A DNA stretch of 64,000 bases from Zygnema circumcarinatum SAG 698-1b (lineage: Eukaryota > Plantae > Zygnematophyceae). Both the position numbers and the translations under genes were made by a program. The stretch is from NCBI GenBank assembly GCA_037447605.1, contig CM074817.1, positions 1,736,001 to 1,800,000 on the forward strand, given 5' to 3'. Shown here in pieces: positions 10,427 to 22,337 of this stretch. Position 1 is the first letter of the stretch. Each line of letters begins with the position of its first letter. Under the pieces are notes generated by a model, which did no database searches, was not told the DNA's origin, and saw only the letters and a program-made list of their open reading frames with translations.

Positions 10427-13400
10427 ATGGCCGCTATAGCGCTTCCCTTCTGCATGTTGCTGCTTGCCGCCTCTGTCCCGGCGGCTTTGTCTTCCCGGAA
10501 TGCTTTTGAACACTTTTTGCGGCTCCCGGGCGGTGAAGAGGCTGATACAGAAGCTGAATTTGGAGGAACCAGATGGGCTCTTCTGATTGCTGGATCGTCT
10601 GGATATGGCAACTACAGGCACCAGGTATGGCTTCCTACTCGGGTAGCTCACTGGCAGATGGGATAGAGTTGCGTGCTTGCTCTCTTTTTTTTTTTTTTTT
10701 TTTTCGCTACTTCAATATATTGGTGCCTGTATGAGTTGTATGTATGTGTGTTGTTTTTCTTCAGAAGGGAATTTCCAATTGGCTGCTCTGCCTCGTGCAT
10801 GATGTCATGCAAATTCTTCAATGTATTGTAGCGTCTGTTTTTCTGCAGGCGGACATCTGTCATGCATATCAGCTGCTGAGGAAGAACGGCCTGAGGGAGG
10901 AGAACATTGTCGTCTTCATGGCGGATGACATCGCGCATAACTCTGAGAACCCTCACAAAGGCATCATTATAAATCGGCCGGATGGGGAAGACGTCTATGA
11001 AGGAGTTCCCAAGGTACGGGCATCCATGGTTTGACCCCTGGATCAGGCAAACGCAGCATCTTTTTCGTCCCTTTTTTTCGACTGCTGGATTTTGTCCATG
11101 AACGGCTGCGTTTGTGCCATTTTCGTGTTGTCCCTCTTTGGCTGACAGTCCTGGCCCTGCTTCGATTTCAGGACTATACGGGCCGGAATGTTTCGGTGCA
11201 CAATTTCGTGGCGGCTCTGAAGGGAGATAAGGACGCGGTGTTGGGAGGCAGCGGGAAAGTGGTGGCGAGCGGACCCAAGGACCGCGTTTTTGTATTTTAC
11301 AGCGATCATGGCGGGCCCGGAATTCTTGGTGGGGCTTCAACGCATTTGAGATAAACCACATAACTTTGAGTAGCCCAAAAGACAATTTGGCGAATTCGGA
11401 TCGTAAAAGCTTTGTTCAGGATTGAGTCTAGTATGGCGATTTGCCCTGGCTTCATTCCTGCAGCTCGGTACATCGTATGACCTTTTGCACAATGTTAAGT
11501 CGAGACAATACAAGCTTTGACTTTGTGGGCTCGCTGGTGGATGGGAGAACTGACAACGGGAAATTGATTCAGAACTATAATTCGAGCAAGGAGATCTGTG
11601 GCTTATCACGTTACCATCTTTCCTTGTTTATTTTTATTTTTTTATGCAGGGATGCCAACGCTGCCTTTCCTTTTTGCGAATGACATCGTCGATGCCCTCG
11701 TGGAAAAGCATGCAAAAGGGGGCTACAAGGAGCTGGTGAGTGTAAGGGGGTCCTTCTGGAAATGCGGAAGAGTATCTGTTCCAAAGACAGGATTACATCC
11801 AGACAGGAATGCGTTCTCCCGTTCATATCTTCGTTTTGCTTTGGTCTTTCGTACTTCAAGTTGTTTCTTGCGTCGGACATGGAGCTCGTTTCCATGGCGC
11901 GCTTGCAATGTACTACGTTACAGTGCTCAGTTTATAGTTCGCAGTGCTTTTTTTTAAACTCCACCTCGGAGTAGCTTGTATCAGTCAATGCCCTTCATCA
12001 TTCCTATCACTCATTTGCTTTACTTTACGCACAGCCCAATGCTCTGCATGCGCTTTCCAACAGTCCCCTTACCGCACAACCTAGCAATCAGACCTCTCTG
12101 TATGCAGAGTCAACTTCCTCACTGCCATTTTGCTGTACAGGTCTTTTACTTGGAGGCATGCGAGTCTGGCAGCATTTTCGAGGGTCTCCTTCCTCCTGAT
12201 ATCAGCGTGTATGCGACCACTGCCTCCAACGCTATGGAGAGCAGTTGGGGCACGTACTGCCCCGGAATGGAGCCTTCCCCTCCGCCGGAGTTTGAGACCT
12301 GTTTGGGAGACCTGTACAGCGTTGCATGGATGGAGGACAGGCAAGTTCTTGGGGTCTGCTTGAACTGTGGCTTGTTAACCAATAACAGAACAACAGAACA
12401 ACAGACCAACAGAACAACAGAACTGAACTGAACAGAACTGTTTAGGTTTAGCTCGAGTTCAGAGCAAAGAAAGGAAAGTTTCGTGGTTTATTTTTTCAAC
12501 AGTTGAATGCTCACAGGCTCCTTCTGAGTGCAGGGGGCTCGGCTACCAAACACAGAAGTGTTTTTAGCCGGGTAGAGAGGAGGGGACGTGTTTTTGTTTT
12601 AGTATTATCTGCTTGATAACTTGTTTTTGTCAAGTCGATCTGAAGCTTTACCCTTTCTTTTGTGGCCTTTGGAATGTGCAGCGACATCCACAACCTGGCC
12701 AAGGAGACCTTGAACGATCAGTACAAAATTGTACGGATTACTATTCCCCTTGTGCTTTTTTCTTCCTCTGTGTGCTTTTGAATGCCCAAAAGCCATTCAA
12801 GGCAGCAGCACTTCTGGTTCATGTTTTCATGTTGCCTTTTGTTCTTCATCTCTTTGAAGAAAGATCAGGCAGTCCTTTCTCGGGTTTCTTTTTTTTAGGG
12901 TTTCACCGGTGCCCATTATGCAAGCTTGTCCTGTCCTTTCGGAAGTTTTGGGGTCGACAGATGAATTCTGTTGTGCGAAGGGCTTTATAAGTTTTCAGCG
13001 CACAGCCCTCGAGGGTGGGAGGAGAAAGCTCCCTATGATATGCTTCTTGAAGAAATTTCTGTCTCGTTGGTCTGTAGGGCTCTTCAAGAATTGGGGATCT
13101 ACTGATGATTGCATCTCCCTTTTGTTCAAATCCGTGCGGCTGAGTATTGCTGCTTGCTTCTAGAGGGCTTTCGTGGTTTCGTGCGGTGGAGTTTCATTTG
13201 TTGAGCAGGAAATTCGTGAACAGAAAGTCATTACAATGGGGCTGAATGATTTTGTGCCAGCTACGTCAGCTGAGTTGTGCAGTGCTCCAATTTTCCTCTG
13301 TTTTCATTGCACTTTCAGTCAACTGCCTCTCTTTGCATGCTGTTGCATCCCTCCAGCCCCATGTTACTAACACCCCATATGCTAATCCGTGTGCCCATGT

Positions 13401-15055
13401 CCATCTCTATACCGTTCGTTGCCTTTGTTGCATAATTCAGTCTAATTCAGTCATAATTCATTCAATTCAAACCCTGAAAACTCAGTCTGATGAGTCAGCG
13501 GCTCTCCCTCTCTCTCTCTCTCTATCCCTCTGCAGGTGAGAGAGCGAACCTCCAACCATGCGACCTACGAGGCAGGGTCCCATGTGATGCAGTACGGCGA
13601 CCTGCACATACATAAGCAGCCCGCGAGCGTCTTCATGGGAACGGACCCTGAAAATGAAAACGCACCGGCTGCAGTCGTTCCAGATGCTTCCAAAAACGCG
13701 GAGCTCACTGAGAGCATGGGAGAAGGTCTGAGGATGTTTTACGCAGGTCAGAAGATGGGTACAGTAAGTCAACGGGATGCGGAGATGCTTCATCTCTGGC
13801 ATAAGGTCAGTTTTCTTTGCAGCAAATGTAAGGGGGAGGAAATGAAAGGAGTAAGGAAAAAAAAAAAAAGCAGCATTGAAGGAGTAAATTATTGCTGACT
13901 TGGAGTTTTCTTTTTTTGGAGAAGTGGTTTACGGTTAGTGTAGTTTAGTTCTTAAGTCTGTGCATGCTCTCGCCAGTTATTCGTATGATACTGATCACCA
14001 TACGGTCACTATAGACTCAATTTGACGATAGCTTCTCAGAGGTTGATCGAATCAACTATGCCTTGAGTTAACACCTAAGGTAGTGCTCGAGTCATTATGT
14101 GATCGATAATCTCTCTTAAAATACGCTAAAACTTGTCAGACATCCCGAGCGGGGAAGACAAAGATTGAAAAGGCATCTCCTCAATAGATTTTCCGATGAA
14201 AAAACAAAAAAAAACCTCAGCAAGTACCTCAGTCTTATGTACTCCCTATGTTGATTTGTGGGCTTGCTTGCTTGCTTGTTTTCAGTACAAAAATGCCCCT
14301 GAGGGGTCGCCCCGCAAGAGGCAAGCGTTGGAGGAGATCAACCTCATGTCGTCGGAGCGCGCCCACATCGACCGGTCGGTGGACCTCACAGCGACGCTAT
14401 TGGTGCAGACGGCGGAGGCCGCCCCCTTCTTCAAGCTGACGAGGGGGGAGGGGCAGCCGCTGGTGGACGACTGGGACTGCCTCAAATCCATGGTGGGTTT
14501 CTTCCATAATGCCACATTTGGAGCAGCTCACTAACACCTGCTTGAACGGTCTGTAAAGTCTTCGTGTGTGTGAATGCCGAGCTATGACCGAGCAGAGAGA
14601 GAGAGGGAGAGAGCGAGAGAGAGAGAGAGTGCGAGAGAGAGCGAGAAAGAGAGAGACGAAGAGAGAGAGAGAGAAGAAGAGAGAAGAAGAGAGAGAGAGG
14701 GAGAGGGACACCGAGAGAGAGGGAGGTTTTGGAGAGAAGGGGGAACAGGGTCCAGGGAAACCTAAACTATGTTGGTCCGGCTATGTGCGACATGATGCGC
14801 TTTTCTCTGAAAACTTTCCGAATCGCTGTATTGGGCAAGCAAAGCACTCCCACTGAGGAAGGCCCCATTGCTGGTGTGCAGGTCCGCTCCTATGAGTCGA
14901 AGTGTGGCCTGCTCACTCAGTACGGAATGAAGCACACTCGAGTGTTTGCAGCGCTCTGCAACGCGGGGGTCTCTCCGGAGGCTCTTGGAGGGGCGGCAGC
15001 CATGGCCTGTGCAGGCTCCATGCGCCATGTCAGCACGGACGTGTACAGCGCCTAA
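10427..15055 (+). CDS. VPE: Vacuolar processing enzyme (legumain/asparaginyl endopeptidase, peptidase C13), 9 exons
   Basis: Signal peptide [16 protein letters not shown]; [30 protein letters not shown]; catalytic His in YSDHGGPG and Cys in EACESGS; SWGTYCPG; SHVMQYGD; LVDDWDCLK; [11 protein letters not shown]; stop after VYSA. Confidence 0.95.
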
Positions 15056-15977
15056 GGCCCTCAGCATCTGCAGAGGACGAGAGAGGGGCTGCAGGGAGAG
15101 GCAGCTTAAGCTGGCAGTACATATACTACTCGAGCTGTGTGTGACCGTTGACGAAAGAGAGTGAAGTGTATGGGTGTAAAGAATACGAGGCGTAGATACC
15201 AACAGTAGGAATGAATGAATGCCTGTAAATAGTTTCTGTACCTTGCAGATGTCGTATATGTGTGACTTGGGAACGGGCCCCCGGTCGTAGTCGCCAGAGT
15301 TAACGAAGGGTTGAGAGAAGGAGCGTGAGAGGAGGCGCTCGGTAGAGGGAGGAGGGGGAGGGGATGGCGCAGCGGCGTCCTACCAAACCCGAAAAGTTTG
15401 GGAATTGGAAGTGGGCTGCACTTAGCCACACTCTCTGTGTGTGATGCTTTTTTTCGTCTTTGAGGTTCCTAAGTTGAAAAACTATGAAGATGATGAAGAT
15501 GACAAAGGGGAAGAAGTAGTCGCATGCGGAGTCAGCTAGGAGAGGATGGAAGGCGTGGTGGAAGAAAAGTAAGAGATGTGGCATTGATCTCACGATGTCG
15601 ATGCTATCAAATGTACATGGACAAAACCATCATGGGGAACCACGCGGAACTGGTCGCAAAGAACGTAAGGACAATAGAAAATAGCTCGGAGCGGAAAGTA
15701 AATGACTTGTTGCGGTCTCAGTCTACAGGATGCAAGTGCACGTGAGGCAACATCTTCATCCTTTTAAGTTAGACGATCCTGAAGAATTTGGCCCAAACAA
15801 CTTTTGCTCTGGATACACAACAGCTGTGAACTGCTCAATAGGAATCGACATGTCCATTCATATGCAAAAATCTGCTCTTATATTGAGGGAGGACGAGAGG
15901 CTTTGGAGATGATTTAAGTAAACGAAACCTCACCATGCGGGTATCAAAGGGGCAGCATCCCATGGGCTACAGTAAAC

Positions 15978-16312
15978 ATGGCATATCCAACGGCCCATCT
16001 TTCACGAACCTCGCGCATGCGGCCATCCAACGGTCAGTTTCCTGCAATCTCGCACGCTGCCATTTCAACGGTCGTTCCATCCAACGGCCAGAGACTCTCG
16101 ATCGTACACGTGGCATATGCAACGGTCATTCGCCCGCAATTTCGCACAGGCTAATCTGACAGTCAGGAATCACGCACGTGTATATACGTGGCATATCCAA
16201 CGGTCAAATTCCCGAACTCGTGCACGTGGTCATGCGCCAATCACAAGTTGCGCCCCACGTGCGGAGTGGACACATCGACGGGCAAACTGCATTCGTGTCG
16301 TATCGAACGGTC
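15978..16312 (+). repeat. Cluster of 7 co-oriented (T/C/G)xAACGG(T/C)C motifs, several preceded by ACGTGGCATA
   Basis: tccaacggcc 15986, tccaacggtca 16026, ttcaacggtcg 16064, tccaacggcca 16080, tgcaacggtca 16118, tccaacggtca 16196, tcgaacggtcg about 16303. Confidence 0.7.
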
Positions 16313-17473
16313 GAGATCCACGCAATGTGACACGTGGACCAATTTGTGTCGCTCGATCAAAGGAATTTTTAAACGGATGCGGACGCGGCGAAGAGTCCCA
16401 CGAGGGCGACGGCGCGAGCATGCCCGCCACGCGGCACAGCAGAATGCGCAGACTCGACATCGCAGAAGCCACGCCTGTCGGTTCGCAAAGGACAAACATG
16501 GGCCGGCCACTTGCCAACCGCAACCGTCCGGTCGGTTCTGGACACTGTAAGCGCGCTGTACGACCACGTGGTGGAGTCGTACGGTCGTATGGCCGCATCC
16601 GCCAAGAGAGGGGGGGAGAGGGAGGGAGGGAGGGAGAGGAGAGAGATTATTTGCCACTCCTTCGGAGCCAATAATTGCGAGAGGGAGGGAGGGAGGGAGC
16701 CGATTTCACAGAGTCGTGCCAGCGGCACATTTCTTTTTTATTTTTGTGATTCATTGATTTTCGCCTGTACGTCGTTCCCTATCGTACCCCACGCCCTTCC
16801 AGCTCATTTCACGATACATAGAGAGGTTTTCTCCCCCTGAAGAAAATCCTACCATGCTCATTACCTCCCCTCCTCTGAGACATTCCCTCCGCCCCTGCGC
16901 AAATAACCGGCCCTTCCCTCTCTCCCTCCCGCCATGGCAGCCGGCTCGACCCCTTCCCGCAAGACCATTCAGCAAAGGAGGGTCCACGGAGCGCCATGGC
17001 GGTTGCCAGGAGTGCCTATAGGAGCAGGACACGTGGCCGGGCACCACTGGCAGCAGCGCAGTCCTCTATTAGGTGGATCGCATGCACGGGGACGCACTTC
17101 TATTCGTGTCACCTGTCTTGGCATGGCCTGTTGTCGATTGTTGGCCTGTTGTTGGCCTGTTGGGGGTGGGAGAGGGCGACCGCGACCGCCATAGCTGCCG
17201 CGGGGCCGAGAGGCTTATGAGACTTTCCTTTCCTAGACATTTTCAGCAATCCCAGTGATTCAGTGCACAGCACACTTATCCACAAAAATCTTTATTCCAA
17301 GATTGAACGGTAGCGCGAGCATCCTATGCTTTCCCTCAAAGCTCCGGTTACCAAAGATACAGCAAACAGTAGTCTTCTGTATGTTCTTCCTAAAACCTCG
17401 CCGCCAAAAGCAACCGTACGATCAAGGGGCCCAGGGATCACAAGATTCACAACACTTGGATAGTACTCGACAC

Positions 17474-20400
17474 GTGACTCGGTCAATATAATTTCCGTAC
17501 AAATTTCCTACGACTCTGTCTGATTGTACGGATGCACTGGCGGCGGAGGGAGGGTTGGGGGGGACAGCCATTTAGGAGCCGGGAGTGGAGGCATCTGAAA
17601 GAGACGAAGGGTGTCGGCGGAGATTGTGGAGGGTGGCGGCAGGCGACGTGGACATCTTATGAAGGGTTCACGTGGTAGTACGGACATGCACATTCTTTGA
17701 ATGTGAGGACGCCACGTCGACGGTCCACGTCGCCGTCGGTCGTTCCGTGCAATGTGATCTGCTAAAGGTCTAAAACTGTACGTTGCATCGCCAGATTGTG
17801 GCACACGTAGCACCAGCATTAGCCGTCGATGTGACTTGTCGTGTACGGGTGCATCATTCTGGCCGCGGCTACGTGGCACCCCTTCGTGGCACGACATTTG
17901 GATAACCGCCAAAGGTGGCCAATGAGAACGTCCTCTAATGCCACGTGGGTGTCGTTAAGATGTGTTGATGACGTGACGGTACGCCATTGGTTCGTTGAAT
18001 TGCAGGGCGTAAGTCCCAAGGCCACCCGCCCGCGGCCCGGAGCTTGTCGTCACATGAGGACAAGGAGCCGCGGGCGGCACCGGTGACCGCGGACCGTATC
18101 TTTACCGTACGCTTGATTGTCAGATACAGTAGGGGGTCCTCATATTTTCCACCCTGGTTCCGGGCAAAATGAGGCGAAAATATTAAATTTGCATATATAA
18201 GGTTCGTGTTACGAATAGACGGGCGGTATTATGTTAGAGTTCATGTTGGACCGTACGTATCGTACCGTACAATATCGTACCGTATCGTACTGTATCGTTT
18301 AGCGTCGTATCGTATCGTGACATATCGTGACACATAAGCGGAGTTTTTAGGACTATGTTGTTCGTCTCATTGATGATGCCGTACTACGGATAGTACCGTA
18401 TCGGGGAGTTTCGTATCGTATCGAACATATCGTATCGTATCGTATCGTATCGAAGTCAAGAAGACGGGGAGAAGAGCGAGCGCCTCTTACGGCGGCACGA
18501 GCGGGGAGATTCGGTGAGTTTTGCGTAAGCCCGTAACGGCTAGTACAGATAGTACGGTCAATACGGCCAGTACGAATAGTACGGGCAGTACGGCTAACAC
18601 AAGTTACCGTACAAAAAGGTGGTTTCGGCAAAATTGGGGCGAAAATATTGAGGGCGCACTCCTTGGGGTGGTAAATACGAGGACCCCCCACTGTATTGGA
18701 CAAAGGACATATTATAAAGATATTTGTCCGCATCGATCGTACGAACGTGACCTGTCCAGCCTCCGACACGATCCGCCTTGAGCGGCTGCCGACACAATTT
18801 GGCGTCTTGTGCCGACAAATCTCGATTCGGTCAAAGTCGTCGACGTGGCGCGCTTTCCAGCGTGGATTCCATGTCACGTGGCGAGCAGGATGTGCGCCAC
18901 GTGGCCCCTACTCGTCGGCCGCGGGCCCTCTTGTCCTTATAGTCCCCCTCTCCCTCTATCTGCATTCTCTCCAGCCCTCTCTCCCCCTCCCTCTCCACCC
19001 CTCCCCTCCCCACCCCACACTTCTCTCTCTCTCTCTCTCTCTCTCGCTCTCGCTCTCTCTCGCTCTCCCTCGCTCTCGCTCTCTCTCTCTCACATGCAAA
19101 ATGTGCATCAGCTGCAGGAATCCTGAACTTCCACAAGACGTAGGAGACACGTGGCGGCTTTGCAGTCCCCCTCCAGCCGTCCCCGCCAAGCCTTGCCGCC
19201 TCCTCCCTGAGCCCTCCCTCTCTCCCTCCTCCCCCCGCCGCTGCCCCTCCCTTCACTCCCTTCGCTCCAAACATCTCCGCCGCCGCGCTTCCCATCCTCC
19301 CTCTCCCTCTCCCTCTCAGCGGGAGAGCTTCTCACTATGGTCTGCTTCCGCCATGGCTCTCTGTGTGGTCCTGCTGCTCCTCCTTCCGCCCCTTCTCCCT
19401 GTCCTCCCTCCCCCTCCCTTCGCGCTGCTCCTCCTCCCTCTCCTCGTCCTCCTCCTCCTTCTCGCGTTGGCGCTGTTCCACCTCCCCCTTCAGCCGTCGA
19501 AGCAGGCCCACCCGCCCGAGCAATGGGAGAGAAGAGATGGGCAATGGGCTGAGGGGGCAGCCCTTGGGGGCGGCTACTACTTAGGGAGGGGAGAGTGTTG
19601 AAGGCAAAAACTGAAAATAAGATTAGAGAAAGTTTTAGATGAGTGCGGTGCTGATTTGTACAGTACGATGAAGAGCATTGTACAGGTAGTAAGTAGGTCT
19701 CTGGAGGAAGGAGCTCAGATGAAGTTGAACGGATAAAGCTGGTAAATTAGGAAGCTGAGAAATAGAAAGCTCTGGTCGAGTATGAATTATTCGTAGGATG
19801 CGCACGTTCAAAGCTAGGGCAATTCTTTTTTTATAAGAGAAGCAACCTCTGCAAAAAGAGGGAGATTTACTGCGAGCTGTCAAGTACTGTACGATATAAT
19901 TCGTTGAATTATTCCGCACGTATTTTAGTGTCATCGATCGCAGCGCAATGCATGCTGCATCACTGGCTTCAATAATCCGAATTTTTTTATTTTCCTCTTT
20001 ATAAATCGTCGATGGCACATTCGCAAGTTCTGAAGATTGCTTTCGTCCACGTACGTTTGATTGCATCGCCATTGTGAGACCAATGCTAATTCAGTCTCGT
20101 TTTGCAAGTTTGGACCGCCAGTTGTTGCCCATTTGGGATTCAACTCTCGCGTTCTCATAACCATTGAAGTTGCAATTTTTTAATTTTTACGTGAAATTTT
20201 TTGTTTGCATAAGCTGGCAACCGGAAAATGGAGTGCCCAACTGCGACAAGGAGCAAATACGCCCTAACAAATTTTGAGCCTTGGCCAGTCCTGTACTTGT
20301 GTAAATAAGTCCCCTCGTAATTGCCAAAGGCCACATCGCGTTCAGCATGTGAGCACAAATTAGTCCGGTGGGCTCCAAAATGGGATCAAGATTTAGTGTT

Positions 20401-20758
20401 TGCGTTTAACAATTTGAGGTCAGAGGGAGCTCAAGGATCACCCATGTGAAGAGGAGATGGAGGGGCCGAACGAAAAAGAAGTGGGGAGGAGGCGGATACC
20501 CAACCAACCGACCAAAGCTATAAGAGGGAAAGGGAGACGAAAATGGAGAGGGAGAAAGGAAGTGAGAGATAATGAGCGGAAGGTAGGCAGCGGGAAAGGG
20601 AGGGAAAAGGATTGCGAGCAGAGAGGGCGACTTGTGCTTGACGGCATCCACAGCCTAAACTGTCGCTACAGCGGGAGGAAAAATACACACAGAAAAAAAA
20701 ACTTATGAATAAAAATATGAGTACATTGCATAGTTTGCGCGAAAACAAAAAGAAAGGG
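17474..20758 (+). repeat. Copy 1 of a direct duplication of about 2.7-3.3 kb
   Basis: Colinear with 22338-25080 from gtgact...ttcctacgactctgtctgattgtacggat through ...gagtacattgcatagtttgcgcgaaaacaaaa(a/c)gaaaggg, with many substitutions and indels. Confidence 0.9.
18127..18693. mobile_element. Tc1/mariner-type MITE with TA target-site duplication
   Basis: Left end TA|CAGTAGGGGGTCCTCATATTTTCCACCC; right end GGGTGGTAAATACGAGGACCCCCCACTG|TA, an imperfect TIR of about 28 bp. Non-coding interior rich in CGTAT. Absent from the paralogous copy near 23012. Confidence 0.85.
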
Positions 20759-20884
20759 CGAGGGGACGGGAGGGGCGGGAAAAAGATTTTTTCCCGAAAT
20801 TTTCCAAACTAAAACCAAAACGGGCAGGCGAAATTTTCAAAAGGGGGGTGCGAAGGACAAAACACAGGGGTGCAGTAGAGTTAC

Positions 20885-21254
20885 CGCGAAAATATTGTAT
20901 TTTGCAAATATAACGTCCGTGTTACCAATAGGCGAGCGGAATTATGTTAGAGTCATGTATGTCCGTACGTATCGTATCGTACCGTGGTTTTAGATACACG
21001 AGTTCCTATGGTGCCGTACATGTACCGTACGATTCAGAGATTATATTCATACTTACCGTACAGCTTAATAGCGTGACCCATGTTCGAAAGCCGTTTCGAT
21101 TAACAGATATTGTATTGGAAAATAGGTTAGGTTAGGTTAACACCCATAATACGTTAACACAGAGTTACCTTACAAAAAGGTGGTTTCGGCAAAACCGAGG
21201 CGAATTTCTCGGGGACGCACTGTACAAGGTGGAAAATATGAAGAGGGTCCCCTG
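20885..21254 (+). mobile_element. Second, 5'-truncated relative of the Tc1/mariner-type MITE
   Basis: Shares gcgaaaatatt...attatgttagag...ccgtacgtatcgta and tacaaaaaggtggtttcggcaaaa...ggtggaaaatatga...cctg|TA with 18127-18693. Left TIR not found. Confidence 0.6.
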
Positions 21255-21372
21255 TATTGAGTGCTTTACAAGTGTTGTGATTCCTGGACCCCTTGATCGT
21301 ATGGTTTATGTTGTTCATCATGATATATGCTTTTAGCGGCAAAAGCAGTTATAGGGAGGACATACAAAAGAC

Positions 21373-22301
21373 CACAGGTCGGACCATTAGACCAACCAGT
21401 CGACTGGTTGGCAACCAGTGGTTGCGGACCGAAACAACCAGTCGAATGGTTTCCAACCAGTGGCATCCACTGGTTGGAAACCAGTCGACTGGTTGCGAAC
21501 CAGTGGCGCAGGACTGAAACAACCATTCGACTGGTTCGGAACCAGTGATCCAATGGTTGGCAACCATTGAATTTCTGAAATTATGCCTTTTTGCAAAAAT
21601 GGGTCGTATGTGTTTTTTGGTGGGTTGCCAACCGTTGACAACTAGTGTAACAAGCCTGATGCGTACAGATGCGTACGGATCCGTACGACCAAATCGTACG
21701 ACTATACGGAGATTCTGTACGGCCGAACCGTAATAGTTTTCTCCAAAACGCCGACGACATTTTGGTAGCTGTAGCGTTCAGTTCGCTACAACTAGTGATT
21801 TAATGGTTGCCAACCATTTGATTTAATGGATATAACCATTCGACTGGTTGCCAACCAGTGCCGCCGGATCGAAACAACCATTCGACTGGTTGCCAACCAG
21901 TGGTTGCGGACCGAAACAACCATTCGACTGGTTGCCAACCAGTGGTTGCGGACCGAAACAACCATTCGACTGGTTGCCAACCAGTGCCGCCGGATCGAAA
22001 CAACCATTCGACTGGTTGCCAACCAGTGCCGCCGGATCGAAACAACCATTCGACTGGTTGCCAACCAGTGGTTGCGGACCGAAACAACCATTCGACTGGT
22101 TGCCAACCAGTGGTTGCGGACCGAAACAACCATTCGACTGGTTGCCAACCAGTGCCGCCGGATCGAAACAACCATTCGACTGGTTGCCAACCAGTGGTTG
22201 CGGACCGAAACAACCATTCGACTGGTTGCCAACCAGTAGACGTCCAACCATTGCCATCCAATGGTTGTCCAATGGTTGCCGATCCACTGGTCCGAACTGT
22301 G
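21373..22301. mobile_element. Non-autonomous class II element, 14-bp TIR, 8-bp TSD (P/Novosib/hAT-like)
   Basis: CAAAAGAC (21365-21372) | CACAGGTCGGACCA ... TGGTCCGAACTGTG | CAAAAGAC (22302-22309). TIRs match 13/14. No transposase ORF. Confidence 0.85.
21834..22237 (+). repeat. 42-bp tandem array (about 9.6 units, two variants)
   Basis: Constant AACCATTCGACTGGTTGCCAACCAGT followed by GCCGCCGGATCGAAAC (A) or GGTTGCGGACCGAAAC (B). Order ABBAABBAB plus a partial unit. Confidence 0.95.
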
Positions 22302-22337
22302 CAAAAGACTACAGTTTGCTGTGTTTGTGAAAAAGGT

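Noticed and set aside
21373-21380. Resemblance of the CACAG termini to the RAG RSS heptamer / Transib
   Set aside because: Transib makes 5-bp TSDs, whereas this element has 8 bp; no nonamer is evident.
21834-22237. CRISPR-like array (26-bp palindromic constant part plus 16-bp variable part)
   Set aside because: The variable parts are only two recurring variants rather than unique spacers, there are no cas genes, the context is eukaryotic, and the array lies inside a TIR/TSD-bounded element.
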